Assembly: GCA_003427395.1 (NCBI GenBank)
Contig: BFEA01000010.1
Location: 3,390,632-3,454,631 of the forward strand
Direction: 5' to 3'
Source: Chara braunii
Taxonomy: Eukaryota; Plantae; Charophyceae
DNA length: 64,000 bases
Both the position numbers and the translations under genes were made by a program. Of this stretch, positions 12,460-26,900 are shown one piece after another. The first letter of the stretch is position 1. Each line of letters begins with the position of its first letter. The notes below the pieces were generated by a model that was given only the letters and a program-made list of their open reading frames with translations, was not told where the DNA came from and ran no database searches.

Positions 12460-13395
12460 TCAGGACACCCAAACTTATGGAATGAACCTTACCTTAGCTA
12501 GGCCTAAAGTCGGGCCACCCAGACTTATGGAATGAGCCCAACTTAGCCAAAGTATACACAAACACAGGGCACAACAACTTTTCTCTTCTTTGGGCATATG
12601 ACCAGGTCATTCTAGTCCCCCTGATCTGTTTAAATAACCAAGTTGTATATACCTCTCTGAACTTAATTCTTCAAGTGGGCGTAAGACTGAACCATTCATC
12701 TTAGAAACAATGCTCAGTCGCCCCGAGTTACGTTCAGTTCTACTCTTAGTTATACTCTCTTCAGATTGTGATAGGCTATAGTCAGACCACCTAAACTTAT
12801 AGAACAGTCTTACTAACTCGTTCATAAATAGGATAGTAATAAAATATAGCCAATTTATACCTTTGGGTTCCAACATGTACGGACTTTGAGTCAGACCACC
12901 TGAACTTATAGAACAGTCCGACTATCTGCCTGATTCGTTTCTCTCCGATCCAATTTGTGTGTGGCATTGGGCTAGACCACCTGAACTTACAGAACGACCT
13001 GCCCTTTGTCAAGTTCATTTTCTCATAGTAAAGCAGGGAGAGGTTGAGCCACCTAAACTTATAGAACGGCTCAGACTTCTTCGTTCATAACCAAATAAAC
13101 AGATGAAACCCAAAAATAACCAAGGCAACCAAGGCACATGAACTTACAGAACGCACTTGGCCCCTTAAAAAGTCAATCACGCGCAACCCTCTCAAGTCAG
13201 AGCAACCAGACCACCTAAACTTATAGAACAGTCTGGTCCTCAAAGCAATCCCATAGCACTAGGTCTCCCCAAACTTATGGGGACTTCCCAGCCTCCAGAG
13301 CAATCAGACCACCTAAACTTATAGAACAGTCTGACGCTCCACACAATCCACAATAAACAAGGCACTGGGTCTCCCCAAACTTATGGGGACCTCCC
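12460..13395 (-). repeat. Dispersed hairpin array, ~11 copies of GTTCTATAAGTTTAGGTGG and variants
   Basis: Cores at ~12471, 12521, 12793, 12902, 12983, 13055, 13140, 13217, 13271, 13315 and 13377, with mostly unique spacers. Confidence 0.88.
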
Positions 13396-14119
13396 AACCT
13401 TAATGACCCAGTCAAACTTTAAAACAATACTGTCTTCCTCCCAGATGTCATTCTCTTTTGTTCACAATCTGCCTTCAGGCAATCAATAAAATTGAAACTG
13501 AGATTGCACAGACATTCTTTTATCTAGTCTGATTCATGCCCTGACAATCAACCAACAAGTTAAAGTAGGGGCGCACGCCATATACTCAGTCAAAACATGC
13601 AATGGGTAGTACAAATATGGGCTATAATATGGGTTTATAGAGGGAAAGCAATGGTTACCTTTCAGTTCCCTGCCTCCAGAACTCCTCCCGAGTTCCGGCA
13701 GAGCTCCCGCAATCGGTGGGGCGAACCTCCCACAGAGGCCTTGGCACGGATTACGGGTTGCAATCCCTCCTGCCGCCTTCCTCTCAAAACCAATGGAAAC
13801 TTTGAGACTCTCAAATCCAAGGAGGGTGCTCTCAGACTCGTGGGAGAGGGCCTTGTAATCTTGTTTCGCCTGAGGGCCCCACAATGGCGGCCAAATAAAA
13901 CGTAGCAACTTGGTCTGACCGAAAGTCAACTGTTGAAGTCAACTCTCTAACGATCTCCCGAACTACAACAATGACCCCCTCCACAACTACTCTTCCAAGC
14001 TGCAACAGCAGCCCTTCCTCACAGTCTAACCACAAACAGCTTCACGCAATCTTTGCTTCCTAAAATGAGGCTACAATCACATGGTCCCAAACAGCCGTGC
14101 TCAAAGTGGCACAACAATC

Positions 14120-16012
14120 CGCAGAATCCATGTTGTGCGACCAACTGACGCATTAGTACAGTACTATAGGATAAGGGCAGGGGACGGGCGCCTGGGTTCC
14201 TGCAACCCTTTTGAGTGGCGGGACAACCCAGAGTTGTTCAGGGTACGAGTGTTGGAAGAAGGGGAGGAAGCTAGGGTATTTCAGCCTCAGATACCCATTC
14301 AAGAGCTAGCCATAGACCTAGAAGAGTGGCAATGGTAACCAGCACAGAGGCTGGGGAAGGCTTTGGACAAGTAACTTCATCTGCATAAACTATTTGTCCA
14401 CTCCATGTATAAGATGCTACAACCTAAAAAACCGATGAGGGACATAGTCATAGATAGATGGGCCAGGCATCTCAATGTAGACAGATCCCTTCTGACACCA
14501 ATCAAATGGTTCGAAGAAAATAAGGTAAGACCAACAAAAACAGCTTCCTTACAGTGGCAGATTGCCCACCGCTGTCTACCAACGAACGCCTGGCTGATCG
14601 ATCACACCTACCTGGAGCAAAAAGGAAAAGCACTACCATGGTGTCAGAGGTGGCTCACAACCTTCCCTGCACAAAAGCGAAATGAGACCATTGAACATAT
14701 ATTCATGCAATGCCCAGTAGCACTGCTGACATGGCGATGGTGGGACCGCATCTGGTGAAAGCTGACAACAGAAACACCCTGGCCATGGTCTTGGCAGACT
14801 ATTCTGACAGGACATTATCCGACGCTGGAGCGAGCATCCACCTTTGCAGACAACATGTTCAGACTAGGCAGACGGACAATAATGTGGGCACTTTGGTGGC
14901 AGCGTTGTACCTTAGCACTCGAAGGAGTAAGAGTGGAGGGCCCCGAGCTGACAGGGCAGATAAAAGAGCTCATAGAATTAGAATTAAAACGAAGGTGGAA
15001 CAAACTCAAGCCGCAATTAGACCTCTTCTAAACTAGTCGAGATGTCAAGAGGGTGATTACTGACTTTTGCACAGAATGGCTGGGAGGACACCGGGGGGTT
15101 GGATAGCACAGGTAGAATGGGGAGGAGATCGGGCTGAGGCACTAGGTCAAGGACCACCCAGAGACCATCAGCTTACCTTCAATGAGTGGACTAACATTGA
15201 GCCCACCTTTCCGATGAGGCCATCGTCTGATTTCCCAGACCCCTTCCCGCCTCATCCCCTATCCTTGATTGAAATCCCAGAGTAACTACCTATGAATCTG
15301 TTCCCCCCGTGCCCCTCAGGGAGGCGAAAACAGGCAATGGGACACTGGACCCGATTTCCAGTAGACACAGACTCAATACATCTTAAGGGGAGGGAGGAAT
15401 TAGGATACAACTGAGCATCTGACGCCGGATTTTAGGCGTAGAGGTTTCCTCTCATTTTTTTTTCAATTTTTCTCATACCTTTTCAATACCCCTAGTCACG
15501 AAGCATGTGGTTGACCGAAAAGGGTCTGATGGGATGTACTGGTGTCCCCTAGCGGTTCCCAGATCGCAGGAAGGTAGGTTTGGAAGGTAGAGTAGAAAGT
15601 GGAAGTCTGGCAGATATATCATTTTCATCAGGCGGCCACAAAGTTGGCCGAAGAGGCAAGGGCTTTCATACCATTTTTAAATCAATTTTCAGAATTTTCT
15701 CAGACATCCCCAAAGGGTAGTGCGGTAGTGTGAGCTGGAAGGCGGACTGGGAACAGACAGGGACCACTGGTGCCCCCCAGTGGGCCCTGCTGGGCCCCGG
15801 CCCAAGACCTTGGCTTTGGATAAAACAAGATAGTTGGCAAAGGGACGGTAATCTAGCACACTATCTCATGATTCTGTATGTTTTCCTTCCAAAATGTAAG
15901 GGACGCTGGACCCGGTTTCCAGCTGGTGTTGCTCCCCACCAATAGATGGAGCCCGCCTGGGGTGCTAGCGGTGACTGCTGATTCCAGCACCGCTAGCATC
16001 ACTCGGGGTGTG

Positions 16013-16054
<42 letters not shown>

Positions 16055-16151
16055 GGTTAAGGCTCGCCCCTTTTTCTAATTACCCACAACTTTAAAACCC
16101 CCCCCCGAAACTTTTCCAACTTTTATAAACAAAAAAAAACAAAACGGCTTC

Positions 16152-16180
<29 letters not shown>
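14120..16180 (+). mobile_element. LINE 3' part: zf-RVT region, 3' UTR and poly(A)
   Basis: WQIAHRCLPTNAWL...CQRW...ETIEHIFMQCP; poly(A) at ~16017-16052 and ~16152-16180. Confidence 0.88.
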
Positions 16181-16183
<3 letters not shown>

Positions 16184-18095
16184 TCTTCTTCGAGAATATC
16201 TCCAAAACCTTTCGCGCGTGGCTATGGCGCTTGAAGAACCTCGTCACCAACCTCGCCTGCGCGACGCGGGTGGCTACCCAATCAATCTCGCCAATGTCCT
16301 CGAGAATGAGGTTCATCACATGGGCGACGCAAGGAATCCAGAAGATGTGTTTGACGCTCTCATCCTTCTGGAAAACCTCCATCGCCACGACGTTTACCCC
16401 AGCGGAGTCCATCACGAACGCTGTGATATCGCTCAACTTCAAGTCCATGGACTTCACCCTCTTCAACCACGCGGTTGCGAGAGCAGTGGTGTCCTTCTTG
16501 CCGTGCATGACGTCGGTGGCGACATACGCTGCCCCCAAATCAGTCCCGACGAGATAGTTGCACAATGTCTGACCCCGGATGTTGGTCCAACCGTCGGTCA
16601 TGATTGTGCAACCATGCACTCTCGCCGTGTCAAGGAGTGGGCGAACACAGTTTTGGACCTCTGAATCCAGCTTGTCCAAAAGGGTCGTGCGCACCATGTG
16701 GTACGTAGGCAGTCTGGGCATGGGCGCCCCTGCAACCCCCGAGGGGATGATCTCGTGAACATGCGTTTGAAGCTTTCAAGCTTCACACAGTTGAACGTCA
16801 TCCCACTCTCAACGATGAAGCGCATGATCTGTAAATGCCACACGTGCTCCAAAGGGTCCGAATAATATGACGTGACGGCCTGCTGCCGATAGGTGCCCCG
16901 GCCACGTCCCGTCGTGGCTCGCCCGCCAAGGATCCCGACATCCAACAACCCACCAGGACTCGTAGGTATCGCGCTCTGGGCCACTACAATGTTGCACATG
17001 CGGTACAAAGGATCTAACGAACCGGTAAGCATAGGTACAGCAACGGCAGCAGCACCTGTCATCGTCGGAAGCAGGGTCGGCGACGAATCGGACACCGAAA
17101 TGGGGACCTCTGCAGTAGTCACCCCGGGCACTACCTGTTCCCCAAATCGAGGAAGGGAAGCAGCCTGTCGAGCATCTACAACTACGCGCGAAGGATCCGG
17201 TCTGTCTGCCGTAGCAACATGGTCGGCGGCCTCACCCTGCAACACTCGCGACGGTGGAGACGACAACCAAGGGTGGTCCGACGAACCGCGATCAGTTGCA
17301 GCATGGGCCGCAACAGTATTAGCCCGTGTAGCATGTGAGCGCCTGACACTGGTAAACACAGTGGCAAGTCCGGGCGAAGTGTTAGCATCCCTCCCCCACG
17401 TGCAACTCTCAACAAAAGCCCGTGTGTTGTGCTCGTCGAACGCCGCACGGCCCCCACCCTCCCGCACAGGAGGGAGCTCATTGGTCGGCACGGACCGACC
17501 AACGTGCAAACCACCTGCACCCTGTGTCATAGTTCAGCGGTGCAGACGCTGGAGCTGGTGAATATGGCGGTGTGCGACGCAGTACAGTAACTCAAACGGA
17601 TGGACTAGCGTTAGGCACCGCCCCCCAGGGGGCGGCAGTGGAAACGGGAGGCGGAACTGAGTCCTCGGGGTATCGCCGCGGTGGCCACTGGAGTTTCGGA
17701 TGCCCAGGAGGTAAGCTCTGCAATGCCTCGATAGCCGATATGAACTCCTTCGGACATTTCGTCATGTCATTCGACCAGATGGCATGCCAAACTGCAGCAG
17801 TGGTCGCCTCACATCGGAACTTCTTGCTCTTCGAGAAGTGTTCCTTGGCGGCCTTAACGCCCCCACACATCGAACGCCCGCACAACTTGCACAGGCAATG
17901 ACGACCACTCTTTCTACCCGCCGTAGTGGACCCATCCAAATAACGACCTCGTGCGACGAAATGCCATACAGGGTCATCTCTCTTGCCGTCGATCTTCAGA
18001 TCAACCTTGAACGGCGAGTCGAACATCTTCGTGTTGTGACCTTGTTTGTCAGCATTGGACGAGTCCGCCAGACCTTTTCCATGTTGGTGTGACAT
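16181..18095 (-). pseudogene. hAT transposase N-terminal half: BED zinc finger, linker and DUF659 domain (frameshifted)
   Basis: DPVWHF...CKLCGRSMCGG...KEHF...C (BED finger); GCTIMTDGWTN, FVMDSA, IFWIPCVAHVMNLILEDIG; ends at KKT against the LINE poly(A). Confidence 0.9.
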
Positions 18096-21000
18096 GCCAA
18101 AACGCTGGCACTACAAAATGACGATGTCGTAAACTGGAGAGAAAGCAGTTGGAGAAACCGGAATCGAAGAGATAGCGACAACAAAATGCAAAGAAACTGT
18201 TGAAAATGGAGAATCAGAAACTGCAGAAAGAACCTGGACAGGAAAGCATAAACGAAAAATAGACACACAAAGCAGAAATACACAATAAAACAACAACATA
18301 AAGAAATCAACAACCTTCAACAACCAAAAAATCAACCGTGCTCTAGAGCCCCAATGTCTGGTTTTTCAACAACAAAAAGAAATCAACAACCTTCAACAAT
18401 AGAAAAAACAGCGAAATAAAAAGGAGAAAAACGTATACATGAACCGACAAGGCACAGACCAGACAAGAACCGACCTCTCTCACATAGTACAGGATAGCGC
18501 AGCGGAAGGCTAAAATACCAATGATCAACATAATTAATGTCGCAATGCAAACCAAACATACATGATCATCTCAAGGTGTGAAGGGGCGTGGCGCTTTACA
18601 CAGGAAGAATGCGCCAGCCCCTAACATACACAGCCAAGGAGGACGGGATCAGACGAAGATAGGGGAGAACCTGAGAATGTCGTCAACACCAAGTCCCCCA
18701 TCTCTCCCTTCTCCTCCAACTAACGGACTTCTCAATATTTGCGGACTACGAGAGAGAGAGAAAGAGAGAGAGAGACGTCAGTCACCTGAGACTTCCACCA
18801 CGAGCGGGGGATCATCCCACATCTCGTCAGCCATAGTTGGTACAAACGTGGTATCGTGAAAATTTACGATTGGCAGGCGTGAAGAGGGGTCTGCGTGCGC
18901 GCTCTGGGCAACCTATGCATGACCTGTGCAAAGGTATGCCAGCCATCACGTATGAGGCGAGGAGTTGAAGAGGTGAGACTACACGCTAGGAAGGTGGATA
19001 AAGAAAAAGATGGTCTCCTACGAAAACGTTGGGGAGAGCTACGTGAGGGGCTCTTGGTGGGCGTTTTGAGCCCAACTTCAGTTCACATAACTCGTGTCTG
19101 TATGCCCGACATCTGCCAAGGATCGCTTCAGTGTTTGTATATTGATGAAGCTTGTGTGAAGCAAGTCGACATGTAAAAAAAGGGACTCCGAAAGATCGTG
19201 AGTTGTGCGTGGTGGTGACTTCCTCTAGAGAGGAGAGAAGATTTGTGACAAGTGAGCGAACTGTACACAAGGCGCGGTTAGCAGTGTTTCACGATGGAAA
19301 GACGTGAAGGTGCATGCACCTATATTTGTTGACATCAACATCCACTGTCAGCCTCCAGTGGGCTCGTGCTGAGGTGGGGATTATTATACTTTAGCCAAAT
19401 GTACTGCTTCAATTAGCTTAGTCAGTTGACAATCGGTTAGTCGCAAAAAGACACGTGCTTACGACTAAGCTCACGCAAGAGGTGATTGAGGCCGAGCATG
19501 ATTCTTATTTTGACTAACGCTCGCTGTTTTTGGCCGAGGCGATCATTGACCTTCATTTATACGCTTGCCTTGCTGAGAGACGAGCGAGGAAAACACACCG
19601 ACGATGTTCCATAGCAGACCTGCCTCAACCGTTCAGCTGAAGCAAAACGTTAATGGTATATGGAAGGGCATTGGATGTTAGCGAGATATGTAACGGCTAA
19701 ATGAAATGTGAAGAATGAACGATTGACGCCTCTCTAACTGCCACTCGTGCAAGCCTCGACATCCCAGCCAGATGATGAGGATCAATAAATAGCGGGGGAA
19801 AACGCCAGCTCATAAGTTGTCATTCATACTCTCACGAGGTGATCTTCTGGAGTGTTCGCACGTAGGGGGACAGAACGTGATGACCGAGATTACTATAGAA
19901 CTCTAATGAGGCTTAAAAGTCAGCGAACATTTCCCAAATGTTTGCATGACGTACGTTTTCTCGCCTTCAGAAGAGATGTGTCGGAGAACTCTCTTTGTTT
20001 CTGCAGTACAAGTAATACAGCGTTGAGGGTATAGGATTGAGTGTTAGAGGTTGATGACGGCTTTCTGCGACTTAATTGGGTGTGAGGTTAATTTCGTTGG
20101 TTGCGGTGTTATGCTCTTTCCAAGCATAATTACCTTTCACCTGAAATATAAGGTCTGAGGCGCCTACCTTGCTATGTGTTTTCTATCCACAGGTTGAGAC
20201 ACTTCCTTGACCAAACGTAAAAACATTGTTCAATCAATTGGTCTGAGGTGTGATCGATCAGATTGATTCTCATCTGGTTTGACTCACGGTGTTATATGAT
20301 CGGTTTAACTTCTGTGAAGCTTCTTATCGATACCATTTACCCTTTTTTTTAAGAAATAGTGCTTCCTCGTGTGCTGTTGTGCTCATTGCCCACACCTCCT
20401 TTCCTGATCTAGCCTTCTAGATCAGACAAGGTGAACTTAGTAGCAACTTCCTGATGGGGAGATGCTAACTAAGCTCGTGCCTGTCGGTCTTCGGGTAAGA
20501 TGAGGGAGTACAGAGGCTAGTACTGGCAAGTATACGCCAAGAATGAGCGCGACTGGGAACAAGGGATTGCGTAATGGATGAACTGGTTGTTATTATGATT
20601 ACCCACTTTGATGGTGGGGAAAAGGTGGCGTACCTTTTAGCCAAGTACCTCATTGACGGGGACTAATCGAAGTCATAACCCTGGTTGATGAACCGGGATA
20701 GCTCTGCATAGCCTTCTTGAGGCGTCTTGCAACACAAGATTTTGCAGGAACCTACGACAATTGGTGATGTCTTATGGGGTGATTCTAGGAGATTTGAAGA
20801 TCTACAAATAAGTACTCTTTATCACTCAGATAAACCCCATTGGCAAAGGTTCAGGACAAAAGGGTTTGTAGAACTGTCTTGTACTGAGATCATTAGTCAT
20901 GGGGAAAACTAAGTTGTGATTTCTTGACAAAGTTAAAGATTGTCTCACTGAGAAAACGACGATCCGACTGTGAATTGTACCCAATGTCTAGTTTATATGC

Positions 21001-23890
21001 AGCCAAATGATAGATGGTAATTTTTTATATTTTGTCGATTAACTATGTCTCCTCTATTTAATTTCGTTCGTTATTGGGTGTTCAACATTGATGCACCATA
21101 TAGGAAATGACAATGTGAACTTGAACGGTGCTCATGGCCAATTTCATATGATCTTTGATCCAATGGGTCGTCAATTCACAAAACTAATGAGCCCTGTGTA
21201 AAGCAAACCACTCTGGGATCTTCTTTAAAGGGCTCACTGTGGCCATCAATGGGTTCCTTGCGTGCTACTCCCTTGTGCCTCTTTAGTTTTGTAACAGTCA
21301 AGCTTGGGTCCTAAGGAGCATTTTCATTCGGGGTTCGTTGATATAATTCATGAATTCTTGGTCCATTGAGATGAGATAATCATCTTCCCCAGCCAGTAAT
21401 TTGTAGTGGGGTGGCTGAGATGGGTCCCTCATCGTCAGTGTGAGGCTCGATGCCCGAGTGAGGATAACTTCCCAAGGTCCTTTCGGGTAGCACTTGCCTC
21501 ATGCGTAAGTTGGGGCCACCATGAGTTGCATCTCATAATCACCTTCGAGTAGGACCTGTAGTTGACCATTGTATATAGTCAGGAATCACTTTCGGTCATG
21601 CCCTGCATACGCACGCTCTGAGTTTTACCTGGACTCTATGACGGTAAATACCGGCAACATCCCTAATATGCTAAGGGACTACACACCGTTGCAAAAGCAG
21701 CAGTGTCTTATAATCCCATATGAGCTTGGGATCTATAGTAGAAGCTCATCGATTGTTGTCAACTGCAGGGGTTTTCATGATAAAGAATTAAGTTTGACAA
21801 TTGAGGGCAGAGAAACTACCTGACCCTAAATCAGAACCTCATACTCGGACCGATGAGGAACCCAAAATAAACGAACCCAATACAGAGAGTGAAGCCCGTT
21901 TCTAAAGCCGTGTCTAGGACCTACCAACGAATTGTGATTGTATGTTAGACCTCAACATGTGCCATATAGGAGCGGACTTTTAGGGACCTTGATCCTTCCA
22001 GTAAATAACAGACGAGTTGAAGAAAGTTCTGATGATCAACCGTTACTGAGAAGTCATGTTCCAAGTCCACCCTGAGGGTTGTGGGAAACAAGTTGTCTGC
22101 TGAAGAGTGAGCAGTAAATCCCTGGCTGAGAAAAAAATTAATAGTAGAATTTGGCGAGAAAGTTTCAACAAACAACCTCCAACAACAAACAGCCTGAGTA
22201 TAGAGGAATTTTCAACTGCATTTCAGAAAACATAAAAAAAACAAGTGACACTCAAACCCTCTGCACCAATTGGTTAAGTTGAAAGACAACTACGGGTCAT
22301 GTATGGAAAGGAAATCATAGGGAGTAAAGACAGCATGAGAATGACTTGCGCACTCCATCGGGATAAAAAGGGCGGCTGAGAGGAAAAAGCAAACAAGGAT
22401 ATTCAGTATAGCTTAGAACTAATGAGAGTGAGTGCATTGGGATTAGAAAAGGGTCAAAGATATATTACGTACACCTTCTATTTCTAGGGATCTGACATGC
22501 AGTTACATAGCACACTCTCCTCCATTGAAATTGTTGGTCGAGCAAGAGAGGTCGTTAGTAACCAACTGTAAGAATGAAAATGAGGGATATTTCATAAACG
22601 ACATGCATAATACGGCAGGGGCGAACAGATAAAGCGGAAGACAATGGTACATTTCATAGTAGCACTCGAAAGTTAGATGTGATAGAGACTACCCAATATC
22701 GTCATGAGACAAATCATCGGTCAAGCACGCTGAACAGCCTAAATTTGGTCAGTGAGATAATCGACAATCCCTCCGCTTGACACAGGCAGCCAAATCAGGG
22801 AATTTATCAGAATCTGACTACTTCTAATTTTCACATAAGTGCAGTTTGGTCGTTTCTAGTCAAAGGGTCGGTTTTGACCAATCTTAATCTGATAGCTCTC
22901 AATGATGTTTTTCAGTACCAGTATGTCAGTGCGGTTGATTTCAAACAGATGATTTGTCAATCTTTGTTGTCCTCACTAGCTTCGCTAAGGCTTTACGTGA
23001 AGAGAGGCAAGGAGAGTCATGAACACTTTGACTCAATTTGGATCTCAATGGTAAGGTACCTTGATGAGGAGGAGACGGAGCTGGATGAGAGTAACGTCAA
23101 GCTACTCCGCAGCTTGGGCCCAAGATCTATACTGATTATCCCAGGCCGCCAGTCTCTTCTCCTCCCACAGATGGTTTTTGCTGGGGAGAATTAGTAAGCT
23201 TGGCTAAGAGGTACATTTCTCCAACAGAAATTGATTACGAGGCAGTCACTGAGCCATCCGAGTTTCGGCATCTCAGACGAGGGATCTTCTCTCAACCATA
23301 TCTTCTTACTCTATGAGAGGAGTTTTGTGTTTTGGTTGACTTCCGTATCATGGGACTTGGATGAAAGTGTTCGGAGTTTGCAGGCTTCAAGTGGCCCTAC
23401 ATTTCAGAGGCCGCGAAATCAGAGTGTACAGGGACGTGGCTAAAGGCACAGGAAACACACAACAAAATGAGAGATTGAGTGTATGATCCAGAGGGATGTG
23501 ACTGTGTGGTCTGATGATCTTGTTACAATTAGGAAAATTCAGATAATTGGCAAAATTGATGCATGGTACACCTAAATTTCGTGATTAATTTTGCATAATT
23601 TTTGCTCTTCCGAATCAAAATAGAAGATTCCTAAGACTGGGGACCAGCGAAGACCACAATTGAAGGGTTTCGCTTGAAGCCAGACACGCACAACAGGAAG
23701 GGATTTGCTTTATTTAATTTATTGCAAACAAACATCAAAATCCGGCGTCACAGCCTGTTGGCTTTCTAGTCGTCTGAAGAGGCCCGACTAGAAGAAGTGC
23801 GACAATGTTCATGCATTTGGAAGCACTTAGGTAGTTAAAGACCAATGTATGTGACGACGTCAACAATCCATAATGCCTCCATACACCAGG

Positions 23891-23892
<2 letters not shown>

Positions 23893-23972
<80 letters not shown>
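23893..23972. repeat. (CT)n microsatellite
   Basis: Direct. Confidence 0.95.
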
Positions 23973-23979
<7 letters not shown>

Positions 23980-26900
23980 ATCAATCCTCATCGCTGGTTA
24001 CAAAGTCGCTATCCTCGTCTCCGTACGCAAAAAGGACAAACAACTGTCCTCAAGTTTCGTCACTGCCATTAGGGAAATGTCGATGTGCAGACAAGGTGGG
24101 AAAAAAAACAAAAAAAAGAAATAAAGAAGTGAACAACAAACTATACATAGGACGACATACACACACACATACATACACACGCAAACTCAGAGGCACACGC
24201 GCACAAGAACGTATACACACCTGTGCTGAAGTGAACTAGCGTGAAGGTGCGGGACACAACTCCAAACGCTCAAGTGCGCACCGGTGACTGAAAAAAAATG
24301 TCTTGAAATCATGGAACACACACGAAGCAGCACGCACACACGCACACACGCACGCACAAATGCTCACCGAAGAATGGTTATGGGGTCGAGGGGAATTGTA
24401 CGGCAGCAATGCCACCTCCAGTGGTAGTGCACGGTCGGGGAGCGTCGGACGCGCGACTAGCCGACGATGGTTATGTGACTGGACGAACGAAATCGTAGAG
24501 GACAGGTAGGGACTATCGACGTAAAAGGGTGTTTCCACAATCGCATATAACGACATAAAAAGATTACAAAAACGAAATTATATCACAAAATAAAGGATCA
24601 AAACGAAGAAAAAAACAAACACCACGCGAAATGTTTCATCAAATGTTCAGGGGAGGTATTCAGTTCTTACCACCACGGGAAATAATGAAAAAGGGTGGCG
24701 GTCGTCCACGCACTGGACCGGCCCGCCGTTTCAAAGGCTTTGACCGCAATCCGCGACCCTCCTGCCTCTTCAGTCTGGGCCCGACGTTCTGCACCCTGGG
24801 ACTTAGGGAGCACGGTTGGAAAGGTCGGCAAACTATTGAAAACCTGGCCCTAACTCATAGGGCCAAGGGGTTTCGACATTCAGGGGGAGTGGCGGTTTAA
24901 CCGACGTCCTCCTATACGTCCTCCTATACCTACGACTAACTCCTAGGTTTGAAACTGTTCCCAATCCATTGCACATCGTCCCAATCTCCAAACATTTGTC
25001 TAGGTATTCCCCAGATCTAAGCTAGCGGCTTAAAGTGGCGAAAATAGTCCCAGTTTGTCAATGTGCGAAAACTCACCGCCAGAACCACTTGCATCCGTCA
25101 AAAATTGCGAAATATGAGTCCCTGGTACCAACGTCTCCCTTCCCCACGCTCCTTCCCTTAGAGGTGGACCCCACTGCCAGGCGGAAGCTTTCCAGGGGGA
25201 TCCGTAGGACCCCATTGCAGGACAAATTTTCACCAGTTCCGTTGGTGCCGGTTACCCGATAGGGAAAACTTTCGCTATATCGAAACTTCACATCCGCGTG
25301 TCTTTGTTCTCACCCAATCCCTGACTCTCCTTTCCACATGGGATGGTCAAACCGAGGGAGGTGCCCCTCCCCTACCCCCTAAGAATGGCCGAACCGCAAG
25401 GGACGGGCAAAACAAAACCGAGTGAAAACGTTTGCCATGTCATATCTGAGCGTTTTCCAAAACTTTGCCGCAAAGCACTGGGGCTGGGACCCACATGCGC
25501 TGTGTAGTTGTAGTTTTCGACAGTGTGCGACATGTGGGGGGTGGGAAAATCCAGAAACCTGAACTTGCCTGCGCCTGCTTGCCCCGCCATCCTCATCGGT
25601 TGTCAACGGGCGTGGTGTGCCGTGGTTGGTGGCCAACCTCAATTCGAATCTTCCATTTTGTGGCAGTAAAATCACGGTAAAATCCCTTCATAACTTCGAA
25701 GCGGCGGTAAAATCACAGGCTTTCCACCAAAACAATCAACGCACAGGACCACGGTCGTTGTCGCTAGCACTCACACAACAGAAAAAATGAGCGAAAATTC
25801 CTTCCATTTTTCAACTTCTAGAATGTTGAAATCAACATTTGAGTATGGGGAAGGCTTCCCGTCAACTGTTTGTATCGGCACTTTACATATGTTCAACAAT
25901 GGTGCCAACCAGTTGCCAACATCGCCATCATAATTTCAACTTGTTTTCAACATTTATCCAGCGCGCACTTTACTATCGTCCAACAACATGCTTGTCATTG
26001 TGGGAGTTCGCTAGTGCGGGCCTTTGAGCCATTACAGAATGGGGCTCGTCGTTGCAAATGGTCCACACTAGCGAACTTGTGATACATTATTTCCTTGCAC
26101 GCCAAGTGTGCTTTCCTGTCCTCCACACCAAGTTGTGTCGAGCCGTCGCGATACATGTTCTCCCTAACCGCCTCAAGAAGGGGTTTTATATTGTAATCTT
26201 TGTTGCTTTTATGTTGTCTCAAGAAGGTGATCCTAACCGCCTTCCCGACAATAGATCCCTCTTCGAAATGGAAATGACAGCAGGCGGCTCCAACCAGGGC
26301 ACTCTCTGACTTGATTGCGAGGGGGGGGTAAAGCTCATACGCAGACAGTGGGGAGGTGGGAGGAGACTCGGAGTGCCGGTGTCCGTGGGCTAGTTAGGTG
26401 TCACTGGCTCCAACCTGCCGCCTTTCCCGAGGTTATCAGGTCGTTCCCCGCCAGCTGGATCCCCGTTGTCAGCGCGAATACCCTTACAAGGGTATCCGCC
26501 CTGGTTTTTGTAAGTGACAGAAAATAAGTTGAAAGTTTAAGTATACCGCGCTAGGCGCGGTTGCGTCTGTGATTTACGTTGACCAAATGGTTGACTATAA
26601 TAGTGAGTGTGTTAGCGCGCAGGTTTAAGGCGCGCGTGATTCTTTTTTTTTTGTTATTGATCATAACGTCGGCGCGAACATCAGTCGTTCTGTCTAATGA
26701 TATTATTATCATTTTTTTTAAGAAGGAAGCAAGGATATCTTCCTTTGATTGGTACGTTTGACCGAGTCGAGCGTATGCGTACGGAGGACGACCTCAACGG
26801 CGGCGACGAAGGTGACAGTGTCACTCTAGTAGGTTTTGGCACGTGGAGTGTCGTGAGTGGCGGTCGGGGTACAACTTGGTAAGTCCGTGCAGACGCTGGG

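Larger units (their letters stand above)
9995..14110 (-). mobile_element. LTR A, 3' part, in inverted orientation
   Basis: Reverse complement aligns to LTR B ~29760-32482 and ends ...ggaccgatgcgctcgaca at 9995; no PBS follows. Confidence 0.88.

Noticed and set aside
12460-13395. CRISPR array interpretation of the repeat-spacer arrays (also 30390-31205)
   Set aside because: Eukaryotic LTR context, irregular spacing (~45-270 bp), degenerate repeats, spacers inherited orthologously between elements, and no cas genes.
16053-16151. LINE 3' transduction between two poly(A) tracts
   Set aside because: The segment is rich in homopolymers and resembles low-quality sequence after a long A-run; it cannot be told apart from an artefact.
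18813-18826. snRNA USE-like motif ATCCCACATC
   Set aside because: No TATA box or snRNA body follows at the expected distance.
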